A DNA stretch of 64,000 nucleotides from Bacteroidales bacterium (GTDB taxonomy: Bacteria > Bacteroidota > Bacteroidia > Bacteroidales > UBA3663): assembly GCA_017449065.1 (NCBI GenBank), contig JAFSKF010000019.1, positions 56,952 through 120,951 of the forward strand, read 5' to 3'. Shown piece after piece: positions 35,461 to 43,771 of the stretch (positions within the stretch are counted from its first letter, which is position 1; each line of letters begins with the position of its first letter). The position numbers were made by a program, and so were the translations under genes. Below the pieces are notes generated by a model. The model saw nothing but the letters and a program-made list of their open reading frames with translations. It was not told the DNA's origin and made no database searches.

Positions 35461-36660
35461 ATGAAATCGTACAATGTAGATGAAAACGGCTTCTACGGTA
35501 AATTCGGAGGTGCATACATCCCTGAAATCCTGTATAAGACGGTCGAGGACCTGAAGAAGGCCTATCTTCTCATCATTGAAAGCCAGGAATTTCAGGAGGA
35601 ATACCGGGCCTTGCTGAAAGATTATGTCGGACGTCCGTCTCCGCTGTACTTTGCCAAGCGCATGAGTGAGCAATACGGCTGCCAGTTATATCTGAAGCGT
35701 GAAGACCTGAATCATACCGGTGCCCACAAGATCAACAATGCCATCGGCCAGATCCTGATTGCGAAAAAGATGGGCAAGACGCGCATTGTGGCCGAAACCG
35801 GAGCCGGCCAGCACGGAGTCGCCACCGCTACGGTATGCGCCCTGATGAACATGCCTTGCCGCGTGTATATGGGCGCCTTGGATGTGCAGCGCCAGCACGT
35901 GAACGTGGAACGCATGAAGATGCTGGGTGCAGAGGTCTTTCCCGTGGAGAGCGGCAACAAGACGTTGAAGGATGCCACCAACGAAGCCATTCGCGACTGG
36001 TGCTGCCATCCGGCCGATACCTTCTATATCATCGGTTCGACGGTGGGGCCGCACCCTTATCCTGATATGGTGGCTCGTCTGCAGAGCGTTATCAGCGAGG
36101 AAATCAAATGGCAGTTGCAAGAAAAGATCGGACGGGACTATCCCGATTTTCTGATGGCCTGTCTGGGAGGCGGTTCCAATGCTGCCGGTACGATTTACCA
36201 TTATTTGGACGATGAACGCGTGCATATTGTGTTGGGAGAAGCCGGCGGTCTGGGCATTGATACCGATAAAACGGCGGCTTCGATCGAGATCGGCACTACC
36301 GGAATTCTGCATGGCGAACGCATCAAGGTGATGCAGACCGAAGACGGACAGATTATCGAGCCCTATTCCATCAGCGCAGGTTTGGATTATCCGGGCACGG
36401 GTCCGATGCATTGCAACCTGTATGATACGGGTCGTGCCCAGGTGTTGGCGGTGAACGATGATGAGGCATTGCGTGCCGCTTTCGAACTGACGCGTCTGGA
36501 AGGAATCATTCCTGCCCTTGAGAGTGCTCATGCTTTGGCCTTGCTGCCGAGAATCGCCAAGCAGTTCAAGCCCACCGATGTGGTGGTGCTGACGGTCTCG
36601 GGTCGTGGCGATAAGGATTTGGATACATATTTGAAGCACAAAGATGAAATACAGTTATAA
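35461..36660 (+). CDS. trpB: tryptophan synthase beta chain
   Basis: FGGAYIPE, HTGAHKINN and GGGSNA motifs. The start is at the internal ATG 35461, downstream of the attenuator. Confidence 0.95.
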   Translation: MKSYNVDENGFYGKFGGAYIPEILYKTVEDLKKAYLLIIESQEFQEEYRALLKDYVGRPSPLYFAKRMSEQYGCQLYLKREDLNHTGAHKINNAIGQILIAKKMGKTRIVAETGAGQHGVATATVCALMNMPCRVYMGALDVQRQHVNVERMKMLGAEVFPVESGNKTLKDATNEAIRDWCCHPADTFYIIGSTVGPHPYPDMVARLQSVISEEIKWQLQEKIGRDYPDFLMACLGGGSNAAGTIYHYLDDERVHIVLGEAGGLGIDTDKTAASIEIGTTGILHGERIKVMQTEDGQIIEPYSISAGLDYPGTGPMHCNLYDTGRAQVLAVNDDEALRAAFELTRLEGIIPALESAHALALLPRIAKQFKPTDVVVLTVSGRGDKDLDTYLKHKDEIQL

Positions 36661-38059
36661 GGTGAATGCCAAGTCGATGCTGGCCGATATGGTGACTCCG
36701 GTGGGTGCCTATCTGCGTCTGCGCGACCTCTCGACCCAATCCATTCTGATGGAGGGTTCCGACTATCATTCGGGAAAGAACGCCCGTTCGTTCATCGCTC
36801 TGCAGCCCGTGGCGCAAGTCTCCATTTCGCACGGCATCGGCAAGTGCCAGTTTCCCGATGGAAGCACTTACGAGCACGAAATCAGCCAGTCGTACAAGAG
36901 CGATGCCATCATCAATCACTTTATGCAGAGTTTCGACATCGATGCACAGTATGCCGACAAGATGGCATTGTGGGGCTTTACTTCGTTCAACGCGGTGCGA
37001 TATTTTGAACAGATTGCCGTGAAGGATGAGACGCAGGAGAAGAACGATGCTCCCGATATGCTCTATATATTATTTAAATATGTATTGGAGTTCGACCATT
37101 TCAACAATCGGCTGAGTTTGTACGAACTGGTTACGGAAGCAGAAACCGGAAGCGGCATCAATCGGATAGAGCGGGCACTGAACCGGCCCTCGGTCAGCAC
37201 CTATCCGTTCCATCCGGTAGGAGAGGTGAGCAGTCCGCTGACCGATGAAGAGCATAAGGCAAACATCCGTAAGGGCATTGCTCATTGCAAGCGTGGCGAC
37301 GTGTTCCAGATTGTGCTTTCGCGCCGTTTTGTGCAGCACTACGAGGGTGACGATTTCAAACTCTACCGGGCTTTGCGTAGCATCAATCCTTCGCCCTATC
37401 TTTTCTACATGGACTTCGGAGGCTTCCGCATTTTCGGATCGAGCCCAGAGACGCATTGCCGCATTGACCGTCAGGCCGACGGATCGCTCAAGGCTTTTAT
37501 CGACCCGATTGCCGGCACCACGAAGCGAACGGGCGATGCCGTGCAGGATAAGAAGAATGCCAATTATCTGCGCAACGATCCGAAGGAGAATGCCGAGCAC
37601 GTCATGCTGGTCGATTTGGCTCGCAATGACCTCAGTCGCAATTGTCATGGGGTGAAAGTCGATTTCTACAAAGAACTGCAATACTACAGCCATGTGATTC
37701 ATCTGGTGAGCCGGGTGAGCGGCACGCTCAATCCGAAGGCCGATCCTGTCAAGACTTTCATCGATACCTTCCCGGCAGGAACCTTGAGTGGTGCTCCCAA
37801 GGTGAGAGCCATGCAGCTCATCAGCGAGTATGAACCGCACAACCGGGGCGCCTATGGCGGCTGTGTGGGTAACATCGCTTTCAACGGTTCGCTCAATCAG
37901 GCCATCACCATCCGTACATTCGTTTCGCGTAACCAGGAACTCTGGTTTCAGGCCGGTGGCGGTATCGTAGCCAAGAGCGATGAGGAATACGAACTTCAGG
38001 AAGTGAACAATAAACTGGGAGCTTTGCGTAAGGCCATCCTTTTGGCCGAAGACATGTAA
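36644..38059 (+). CDS. trpE: anthranilate synthase component I
   Basis: 471 aa with a chorismate-binding C-terminal domain (GAPKVRAMQLI, GAYGG) and the SPYLFY motif. Confidence 0.93.
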   Translation: MKYSYKVNAKSMLADMVTPVGAYLRLRDLSTQSILMEGSDYHSGKNARSFIALQPVAQVSISHGIGKCQFPDGSTYEHEISQSYKSDAIINHFMQSFDIDAQYADKMALWGFTSFNAVRYFEQIAVKDETQEKNDAPDMLYILFKYVLEFDHFNNRLSLYELVTEAETGSGINRIERALNRPSVSTYPFHPVGEVSSPLTDEEHKANIRKGIAHCKRGDVFQIVLSRRFVQHYEGDDFKLYRALRSINPSPYLFYMDFGGFRIFGSSPETHCRIDRQADGSLKAFIDPIAGTTKRTGDAVQDKKNANYLRNDPKENAEHVMLVDLARNDLSRNCHGVKVDFYKELQYYSHVIHLVSRVSGTLNPKADPVKTFIDTFPAGTLSGAPKVRAMQLISEYEPHNRGAYGGCVGNIAFNGSLNQAITIRTFVSRNQELWFQAGGGIVAKSDEEYELQEVNNKLGALRKAILLAEDM

Positions 38060-38092
38060 CCACTGTAGGTAAAACCTGTAAATGAAGAAACG

Positions 38093-38692
38093 ATGAAAAT
38101 TGTAATGATCGATAATTACGACTCTTTTACCTACAACCTGGTACATCTGGTAAAAGAATTGGGTGCCGACATCACCGTCTATCGCAACGATCAGTTCGAA
38201 CTTTCCGACCTCGAACCTTTCGACAAGATTATGCTCAGTCCGGGGCCCGGTATTCCGTCGGAAGCGGGTAAATTGCTTGACGTGATTCGTGCCTATGCCG
38301 GACAGAAACCTATTCTGGGTATCTGTTTGGGCGAGCAGGCTATCGGCGAAGTGTTTGGCGGAACCTTGATCAACCTGAGCGATGTGTTTCATGGTGTGCA
38401 GACCCCGGCCCATGTGGTGGCATTGCCTGTTCCCGGAAGCGATGCTCACGAGGTGGATTACCTTTTCAAAGGCTTGCATCAGGATTTGCTGGTGGGGCGC
38501 TACCATTCTTGGGTGGTGGATGCCGAGAGTCTGCCGGAATGTCTGGAGATAACGGCGCTTAGCAACGAAGGTCAGGTGATGGCCTTGCGTCATCGGGAGT
38601 ACGATGTGAGAGGCATCCAGTTCCATCCGGAAAGCGTGCTGACGCCCGATGGCCGTAAGATGATCCAGAACTGGCTGCTGCATACCTATTAA
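38093..38692 (+). CDS. trpG: anthranilate synthase component II (glutamine amidotransferase)
   Basis: IDNYDSFTYNL, the catalytic Cys in GICLGEQ, and the FHPES motif. Confidence 0.93.
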   Translation: MKIVMIDNYDSFTYNLVHLVKELGADITVYRNDQFELSDLEPFDKIMLSPGPGIPSEAGKLLDVIRAYAGQKPILGICLGEQAIGEVFGGTLINLSDVFHGVQTPAHVVALPVPGSDAHEVDYLFKGLHQDLLVGRYHSWVVDAESLPECLEITALSNEGQVMALRHREYDVRGIQFHPESVLTPDGRKMIQNWLLHTY

Positions 38693-38711
38693 ATACCCTT
38701 ATAAACCCGAT

Positions 38712-39710
38712 ATGAAAAAGTATTTGACAAAACTGATTGAGGGTGAAGAGCTCACCCGTCAGGACACCCACAATATTATGTTGGGAATTGTGGCCGAGAA
38801 GTATAACGAATGCCAGATTGCTGCTTTACTGATGGCACTACAGACTCGTGGCGTTACGGTTGATGAACTGTTGGGCTTCCGCGACGGCCTGCTCGAAACC
38901 GGTAAGCCTGTCGATCTGAGCGATTACAACACCCTCGATATTGTAGGTACCGGTGGTGACGGAAAGAACACTTTCAACATTTCCACCTGTTCGGCTTTTG
39001 TGATTGCCGGAGCCGGCTATAAGGTCAGCAAGCATGGCAACAGAGCCTCCACGTCGGTGTCGGGAGCCTCGAATGTGCTGCAAGGTCATGGCGTGAAGTT
39101 CACCGACAATACAGACATCATCAAAAAGGCGCTCGACGAGGCAGGCGTATGCTATCTGCATGCTCCGCTGTTTGCCTATGGCATGAAGTTCGTCGGCCCT
39201 ACGCGGAAAGCATTGGGTGTGCCGACTTGCTTCAACCTGTTAGGTCCTTTGGTCAATCCTTGCAAACCGAAGAACAGTCTGCATGGCACCGCTAACCAGC
39301 AGCAGCAGCGCCTCTACGTCAGTGCCCACCAGAAGATAGGCGACAACTATGGTGTCATCACTTCCTACGACGGTTACGACGAAGTATCGCTCACTTCCGG
39401 CTTCAAGTTTGTGACCAACAGCTTCGAGAAAGTCTATACGCCTAAAGATCTTGGCTTCAACTATATCGACCCGCACGAGATTTATGGCGGCACCAGTGCT
39501 GCCGATGCCATGAAGATTTTCGACAGCGTGCTGCAAGGCACTTGCACCCGTGCACAGAAAGAGGTGGTGTTGGCCAACGCAGCCTGCGGTATTGCCGTTA
39601 TGGATCGCAACAAGAGCGTGGAAGAGAGTATCGAAATGTGTCGCGAATCGCTCGAAAGCGGTAAGGCTTTGCAGGCATTCAAGAAGTTTATAGAGATTTA
39701 CAGCAATTAA
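38712..39710 (+). CDS. trpD: anthranilate phosphoribosyltransferase
   Basis: DIVGTGGDGKNTFNIST and KHGNRA motifs. Confidence 0.93.
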   Translation: MKKYLTKLIEGEELTRQDTHNIMLGIVAEKYNECQIAALLMALQTRGVTVDELLGFRDGLLETGKPVDLSDYNTLDIVGTGGDGKNTFNISTCSAFVIAGAGYKVSKHGNRASTSVSGASNVLQGHGVKFTDNTDIIKKALDEAGVCYLHAPLFAYGMKFVGPTRKALGVPTCFNLLGPLVNPCKPKNSLHGTANQQQQRLYVSAHQKIGDNYGVITSYDGYDEVSLTSGFKFVTNSFEKVYTPKDLGFNYIDPHEIYGGTSAADAMKIFDSVLQGTCTRAQKEVVLANAACGIAVMDRNKSVEESIEMCRESLESGKALQAFKKFIEIYSN

Positions 39711-39738
39711 CCTCACACAGCATTATCATCCTATTGCA

Positions 39739-40581
39739 ATGAAAGATATTCTTGAGGAAATCGTTGCCAACAAGCGGGTGGAACTGGCCATTGCCGCCAA
39801 CGAGATGCCTTTGGACGTATTGAAGAGCCTCACCCAGCAGAAGATCCGGCAGGATGGTGCTCTGAAACTGCGTTCCATGAAGCAGAGCTTGGCAAATAGC
39901 AAAAGCGGAATCATTGCCGAGTTTAAGAGGAAGAGTCCTTCGAAGGGTTGGATTCATGCCGATGTCACTCCCGAACAGGTAGTTCCTGTTTATGCCGAAG
40001 GCGGCGCATCGGCATGCAGTATTCTCACCGATGATACCTATTTCGGCGGACGTCTGGAGTTTATTCAGCGAGTTCGTCCTATGGTACAGATTCCATTGTT
40101 GCGTAAGGAGTTCATCATCGACGAATATCAGTTGTGTGAGGCACGTCTGGCGGGAGCCGATGCCGTGCTGCTCATTGCCGCCGATCTCTTTCCGGATCTG
40201 TACGGACAGTTGCTGCAAACGGCACACAGTTTGGGCCTGGAGGTATTGCTCGAAGTGCACGATGCATCGGAGCTTGTTTTCCTGCAATCGGGCATTCCCG
40301 ATATGTTGGGCGTGAACAACCGTTCTTTAGGCACTTTCCATACCGATGTGCAGCATTCGTTCGAGATTGCCGGACAGTTGCAGCGTTCGCTCCGGAGTCT
40401 CACCGTCAGCAGTTCCTCCGAGCTTCCGGTGCTAGTTTCGGAATCAGGCATCAGTTCGCCCGATAAGGTGAAGGAACTGCGTGAGGCAGGTTTCCGAGGC
40501 TTCCTGATTGGCGAATGCTTCATGAAAGAAGCCGATCCCGGCAAGGCTCTCAAGGATTTTATTCAGGCAGTGGAAAACTAA
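39739..40581 (+). CDS. trpC: indole-3-glycerol phosphate synthase
   Basis: IIAEFKRKSPSKG and LLIAA motifs, in the expected operon position. Confidence 0.92.
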   Translation: MKDILEEIVANKRVELAIAANEMPLDVLKSLTQQKIRQDGALKLRSMKQSLANSKSGIIAEFKRKSPSKGWIHADVTPEQVVPVYAEGGASACSILTDDTYFGGRLEFIQRVRPMVQIPLLRKEFIIDEYQLCEARLAGADAVLLIAADLFPDLYGQLLQTAHSLGLEVLLEVHDASELVFLQSGIPDMLGVNNRSLGTFHTDVQHSFEIAGQLQRSLRSLTVSSSSELPVLVSESGISSPDKVKELREAGFRGFLIGECFMKEADPGKALKDFIQAVEN

Positions 40582-40593
40582 ATAAAGAGAGAA

Positions 40594-41214
40594 ATGATAG
40601 TTAAGGTTTGTGGCATGCGCGATGCTGCCAACATTCGAGAAGTGGAGGCATTGGGTATCGATTGGATGGGCTTTATTTTCTATCCGAAATCGGCGCGCTA
40701 TTGTGCGGAGGTTCCGTCCTATCTGCCCACCCGTTGCAAGAGGGTAGGAGTGTTTGTCAATGCCGGAATCGAAGACGTTGTGAAGCATGTCGGGGACTAT
40801 GGCTTGCAGGTAGTTCAGTTGCATGGCGATGAGGATCGTCTCTATGTGATGAATTTGCGTCAGGCATTGGGTGCCGTCGATCACGTCTGCACCATTGTCA
40901 AGGCATTCAGCCTCTCGAAGCCCGAAGACTTGCAGGCATGTGAGCCGTTGGTCGGTTTTGTTGATTACTTCCTTTTCGATACACCAACCGCCGGCTACGG
41001 AGGCAGTGGCAAGCAGTTCGATTGGTCGATGCTCAGCCAGTACCATTGTATGACGCCTTTCCTGTTGAGCGGCGGTATCGGGCCGGACAGTCGTGCTGAC
41101 TTGAGTCGCTTTGAGCATCCTTGCTGCGAAGGCATTGATTTGAATTCCAAGTTCGAAAAGGCTCCAGGTCTGAAGGATGTAGCAGCGCTCCGGAAGTTCT
41201 TGAAAGAAGGATGA
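40594..41214 (+). CDS. trpF: phosphoribosylanthranilate isomerase
   Basis: MIVKVCGM N-terminus, QLHG, and the GGSGKQFDW motif. Confidence 0.92.
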   Translation: MIVKVCGMRDAANIREVEALGIDWMGFIFYPKSARYCAEVPSYLPTRCKRVGVFVNAGIEDVVKHVGDYGLQVVQLHGDEDRLYVMNLRQALGAVDHVCTIVKAFSLSKPEDLQACEPLVGFVDYFLFDTPTAGYGGSGKQFDWSMLSQYHCMTPFLLSGGIGPDSRADLSRFEHPCCEGIDLNSKFEKAPGLKDVAALRKFLKEG

Positions 41215-41260
41215 TCCGATTACTCTGAATACTCCGATTACTCTGATAAAAAATACTATT

Positions 41261-42037
41261 ATGAATAGAATAAACCAACTTTTCCAGCAGAATCCGCAAG
41301 GCTTGCTGAGTTTATATTTCTGTGCCGGAGCACCCACACTCGAAGGAACAGCCGATGTGATCCGTACACTTGAGAAAAACGGAATTTCGATGATTGAGAT
41401 CGGCGTGCCTTTTTCCGATCCGATGGCCGACGGCCCCGTGATTCAGGATGCGGCAACCAAGGCGCTGCGCAACGGAATGACATTACGTAAGCTGTTCGAA
41501 CAGCTGAAAGATATCCGGAAGGATGTGCAGATTCCGCTGATTCTGATGGGTTATCTGAATCCGGTCATCCAGTTCGGATTCGAGAACTTCTGTCAGAAGT
41601 GCGTCGAGGTAGGCATCGATGGCATGATTCTGCCCGACCTGCCTTTCCAGGATTATATGGACGATTTCAAGCCCATCGCCGATAAGTACGACCTGCGTAT
41701 CATCATGCTCATTACGCCCGAGACCAGCGAGGAGCGTATCCGCTTCATCGATGAAAACACCGACGGCTTCATCTATATGGTTTCGTCGGCTGCCATCACA
41801 GGCGCCCAGAAAGAATTTAATGAAGCCAAGCAAGCCTATTTCAACAAAGTGCATGATATGCATCTGAAACATCCGACCATGATCGGTTTCGGCATCAGCA
41901 ACAAGCAGACACTCAGTTCTGCTCAGGCGAATGCCAACGGAGCCATTATCGGTTCGAAGTTTGTACAACTGCTCGATGGCGCCAAGGGTAATGCACAAGT
42001 TGCCATCGACCAATTATTTGCAGCGCTTAACGAATGA
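41261..42037 (+). CDS. trpA: tryptophan synthase alpha chain
   Basis: IEIGVPFSDPMADGPVIQ motif. Confidence 0.93.
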   Translation: MNRINQLFQQNPQGLLSLYFCAGAPTLEGTADVIRTLEKNGISMIEIGVPFSDPMADGPVIQDAATKALRNGMTLRKLFEQLKDIRKDVQIPLILMGYLNPVIQFGFENFCQKCVEVGIDGMILPDLPFQDYMDDFKPIADKYDLRIIMLITPETSEERIRFIDENTDGFIYMVSSAAITGAQKEFNEAKQAYFNKVHDMHLKHPTMIGFGISNKQTLSSAQANANGAIIGSKFVQLLDGAKGNAQVAIDQLFAALNE

Positions 42038-43449
42038 TAGAATATACCGACGAACGCAGTAGGATCCTTGCCACCAAGCCGGTGGGGAGGCTCCTGCTGC
42101 AATTCGCTACTCCCAGTATTATTGCGATGGCTGCCAGCAGTATCTATAATCTCTGCGACAGTATCTTTATTGGCCAGGGTGTGAACTCGATGGCCATAGC
42201 CGGTTTGGCAATCACTTTCCCCGTCATGAACATCAGTCATGCTTTCGGTGCGATGATTGGCGTGGGAGGTGGCGCTCAGACGGCAGTCGCTATGGGAGAA
42301 GCGAACCAGCGCCGTGCATTGGTCATTTTCGGAAATGTCATCCGTCTCGACATCACCATCGGCCTGCTGCTCTGCATCTTCGGCCTCTGGTTTCTCGAGC
42401 CGATCTTGCGTCTGTTCGGCGCCAGCGATGTGACGTTGCCCTATGCCTACGATTATATGCAGATCATCCTTATCGGATGTATCATTTCGCATGCGATGCT
42501 GGGCATGAACGATCAGATGCGATCTACGGGGCATCCCAAAATGGCGATGACGTGCCAGCTGATTGCCGTGGTTGCTAATATCCTGCTCGATGCTCTGTTC
42601 ATTTTCGGGTTCGGGTGGGGCATGCGAGGCGCTGCGTTAGCAACGGTCTTGGGGCAGCTGATTGCGTTTGTTGTCGAAATCCGCTTCTTCCTCAATAAAG
42701 GAAATTTCGTGCATTTTTCCCGTGAGGGACTGATTCTTCGTCTGGACATCATTCGCGACATCATTTCCATCGGCTTGAGTCCGTTCTTCATGAACGTCTG
42801 CGGCTGCATTGTGGTAATGCTTATCAATCGCGACCTGTTGCAACAGGGCGGCGTGAATGGCGATGCCTATGTGGGCGTCTATGGCATTGTGAACCGTGTA
42901 GCCACCGTTGTGTTTATGATGGTGATGGGCATCGGACAGGGTATGGGACCTATTGTCGGCTTCAACTTAGGTGCCCGATTGTTCCATCGCGTGACGGGTG
43001 TGCTGAAGGTGGCATACGCCTGTGCCACGCTGATTATGACATTCGGCTATCTGGTTATGGCAGTATTTGCCGAGACGGTGGCGGGATTCTTTACACGCGA
43101 TCCGCTGATGATCCAGCTCTGTGTGCCTGCCATCCGCATCATGATGTGCATGTTCCCGCTGGTGGGCGGACAAATGATTACCAGCACCTTCTTCCAATCC
43201 ATTCGTCAGGCGAAGAAGTCGATTTTCCTTTCCACCACGCGACAGATGCTTTTCCTGGTGCCTTTCCTGTTGTTCTTGCCCGATTTCTTCGTTGCACAAG
43301 GATGGGAAGGCGTCAATGGCGTATGGGCTTCCCTTCCGTTCTCCGATTTCATCGCCTCGCTTATCGCCGGCATCTTGCTCTATGCGCAGGTCCGCCGCTT
43401 CAATCATTTGACAGAGGTTTCGAAAGGCGTGAAAATTGATACAAAATAA
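42034..43449 (+). CDS. MATE-family efflux transporter
   Basis: 471 aa with about 12 hydrophobic segments and MATE-like N-terminal motifs (PSIIAMAASSIYNLCDSIFIGQGV). Its start overlaps the trpA stop (ATGA). Confidence 0.85.
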   Translation: MIEYTDERSRILATKPVGRLLLQFATPSIIAMAASSIYNLCDSIFIGQGVNSMAIAGLAITFPVMNISHAFGAMIGVGGGAQTAVAMGEANQRRALVIFGNVIRLDITIGLLLCIFGLWFLEPILRLFGASDVTLPYAYDYMQIILIGCIISHAMLGMNDQMRSTGHPKMAMTCQLIAVVANILLDALFIFGFGWGMRGAALATVLGQLIAFVVEIRFFLNKGNFVHFSREGLILRLDIIRDIISIGLSPFFMNVCGCIVVMLINRDLLQQGGVNGDAYVGVYGIVNRVATVVFMMVMGIGQGMGPIVGFNLGARLFHRVTGVLKVAYACATLIMTFGYLVMAVFAETVAGFFTRDPLMIQLCVPAIRIMMCMFPLVGGQMITSTFFQSIRQAKKSIFLSTTRQMLFLVPFLLFLPDFFVAQGWEGVNGVWASLPFSDFIASLIAGILLYAQVRRFNHLTEVSKGVKIDTK

Positions 43450-43532
43450 CATAATTTCTGAAACATTTCTTTTTTGTTTCAAATCTGATAGTTTATAAGA
43501 CATTTTTTATAATTAAAGGGGGAGAAAGTCCT

Positions 43533-43540
43533 TATCTTTG
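43533..43540 (+). promoter_or_regulatory. candidate -7 promoter box TATCTTTG
   Basis: Matches TAnnTTTG, 35 nt upstream of the ATG at 43575. Confidence 0.5.
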
Positions 43541-43574
43541 CGTCGTTTTTCAATCCTAAATTTTCTAAAACGAC

Positions 43575-43742
43575 ATGAAAAAGTATTATCAAAAACCAAA
43601 TTCGCAGGTGGTCACTATCCAGACGAATGGACTGTTGGCTGCCAGTTATGGACCCGGATTGAGCAATACGACTGCTGATCCGAACAGTTCTGTAGATGTT
43701 TCACGCAGTAGAAATACCGATTGGGCTGATTATGAAAATTGA
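43575..43742 (+). CDS. 55-aa peptide (MKKYYQKPNSQVVTIQTNGLLAAS...SRSRNTDWADYEN), paralogue of 50112..50279
   Basis: This ORF is below the track cutoff and I translated it by hand. It follows a promoter box, precedes the large exported protein by 29 nt, and is homologous to a second 55-aa ORF next to the paralogous large protein. Confidence 0.6.
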   Translation: MKKYYQKPNSQVVTIQTNGLLAASYGPGLSNTTADPNSSVDVSRSRNTDWADYEN

Positions 43743-43771
43743 TTTCAAGTAATCCTTTTAATTTTAAAAAT

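Noticed and set aside
35686-36639. 317-aa ORF on the minus strand
   Set aside because: It is antisense to trpB. This is a shadow ORF.
37070-38683. 537-aa ORF on the minus strand
   Set aside because: It is antisense to trpE and trpG, which carry unambiguous family motifs. This is a shadow ORF.
40444-41337. 297-aa ORF on the minus strand
   Set aside because: It is antisense to trpC and trpF.
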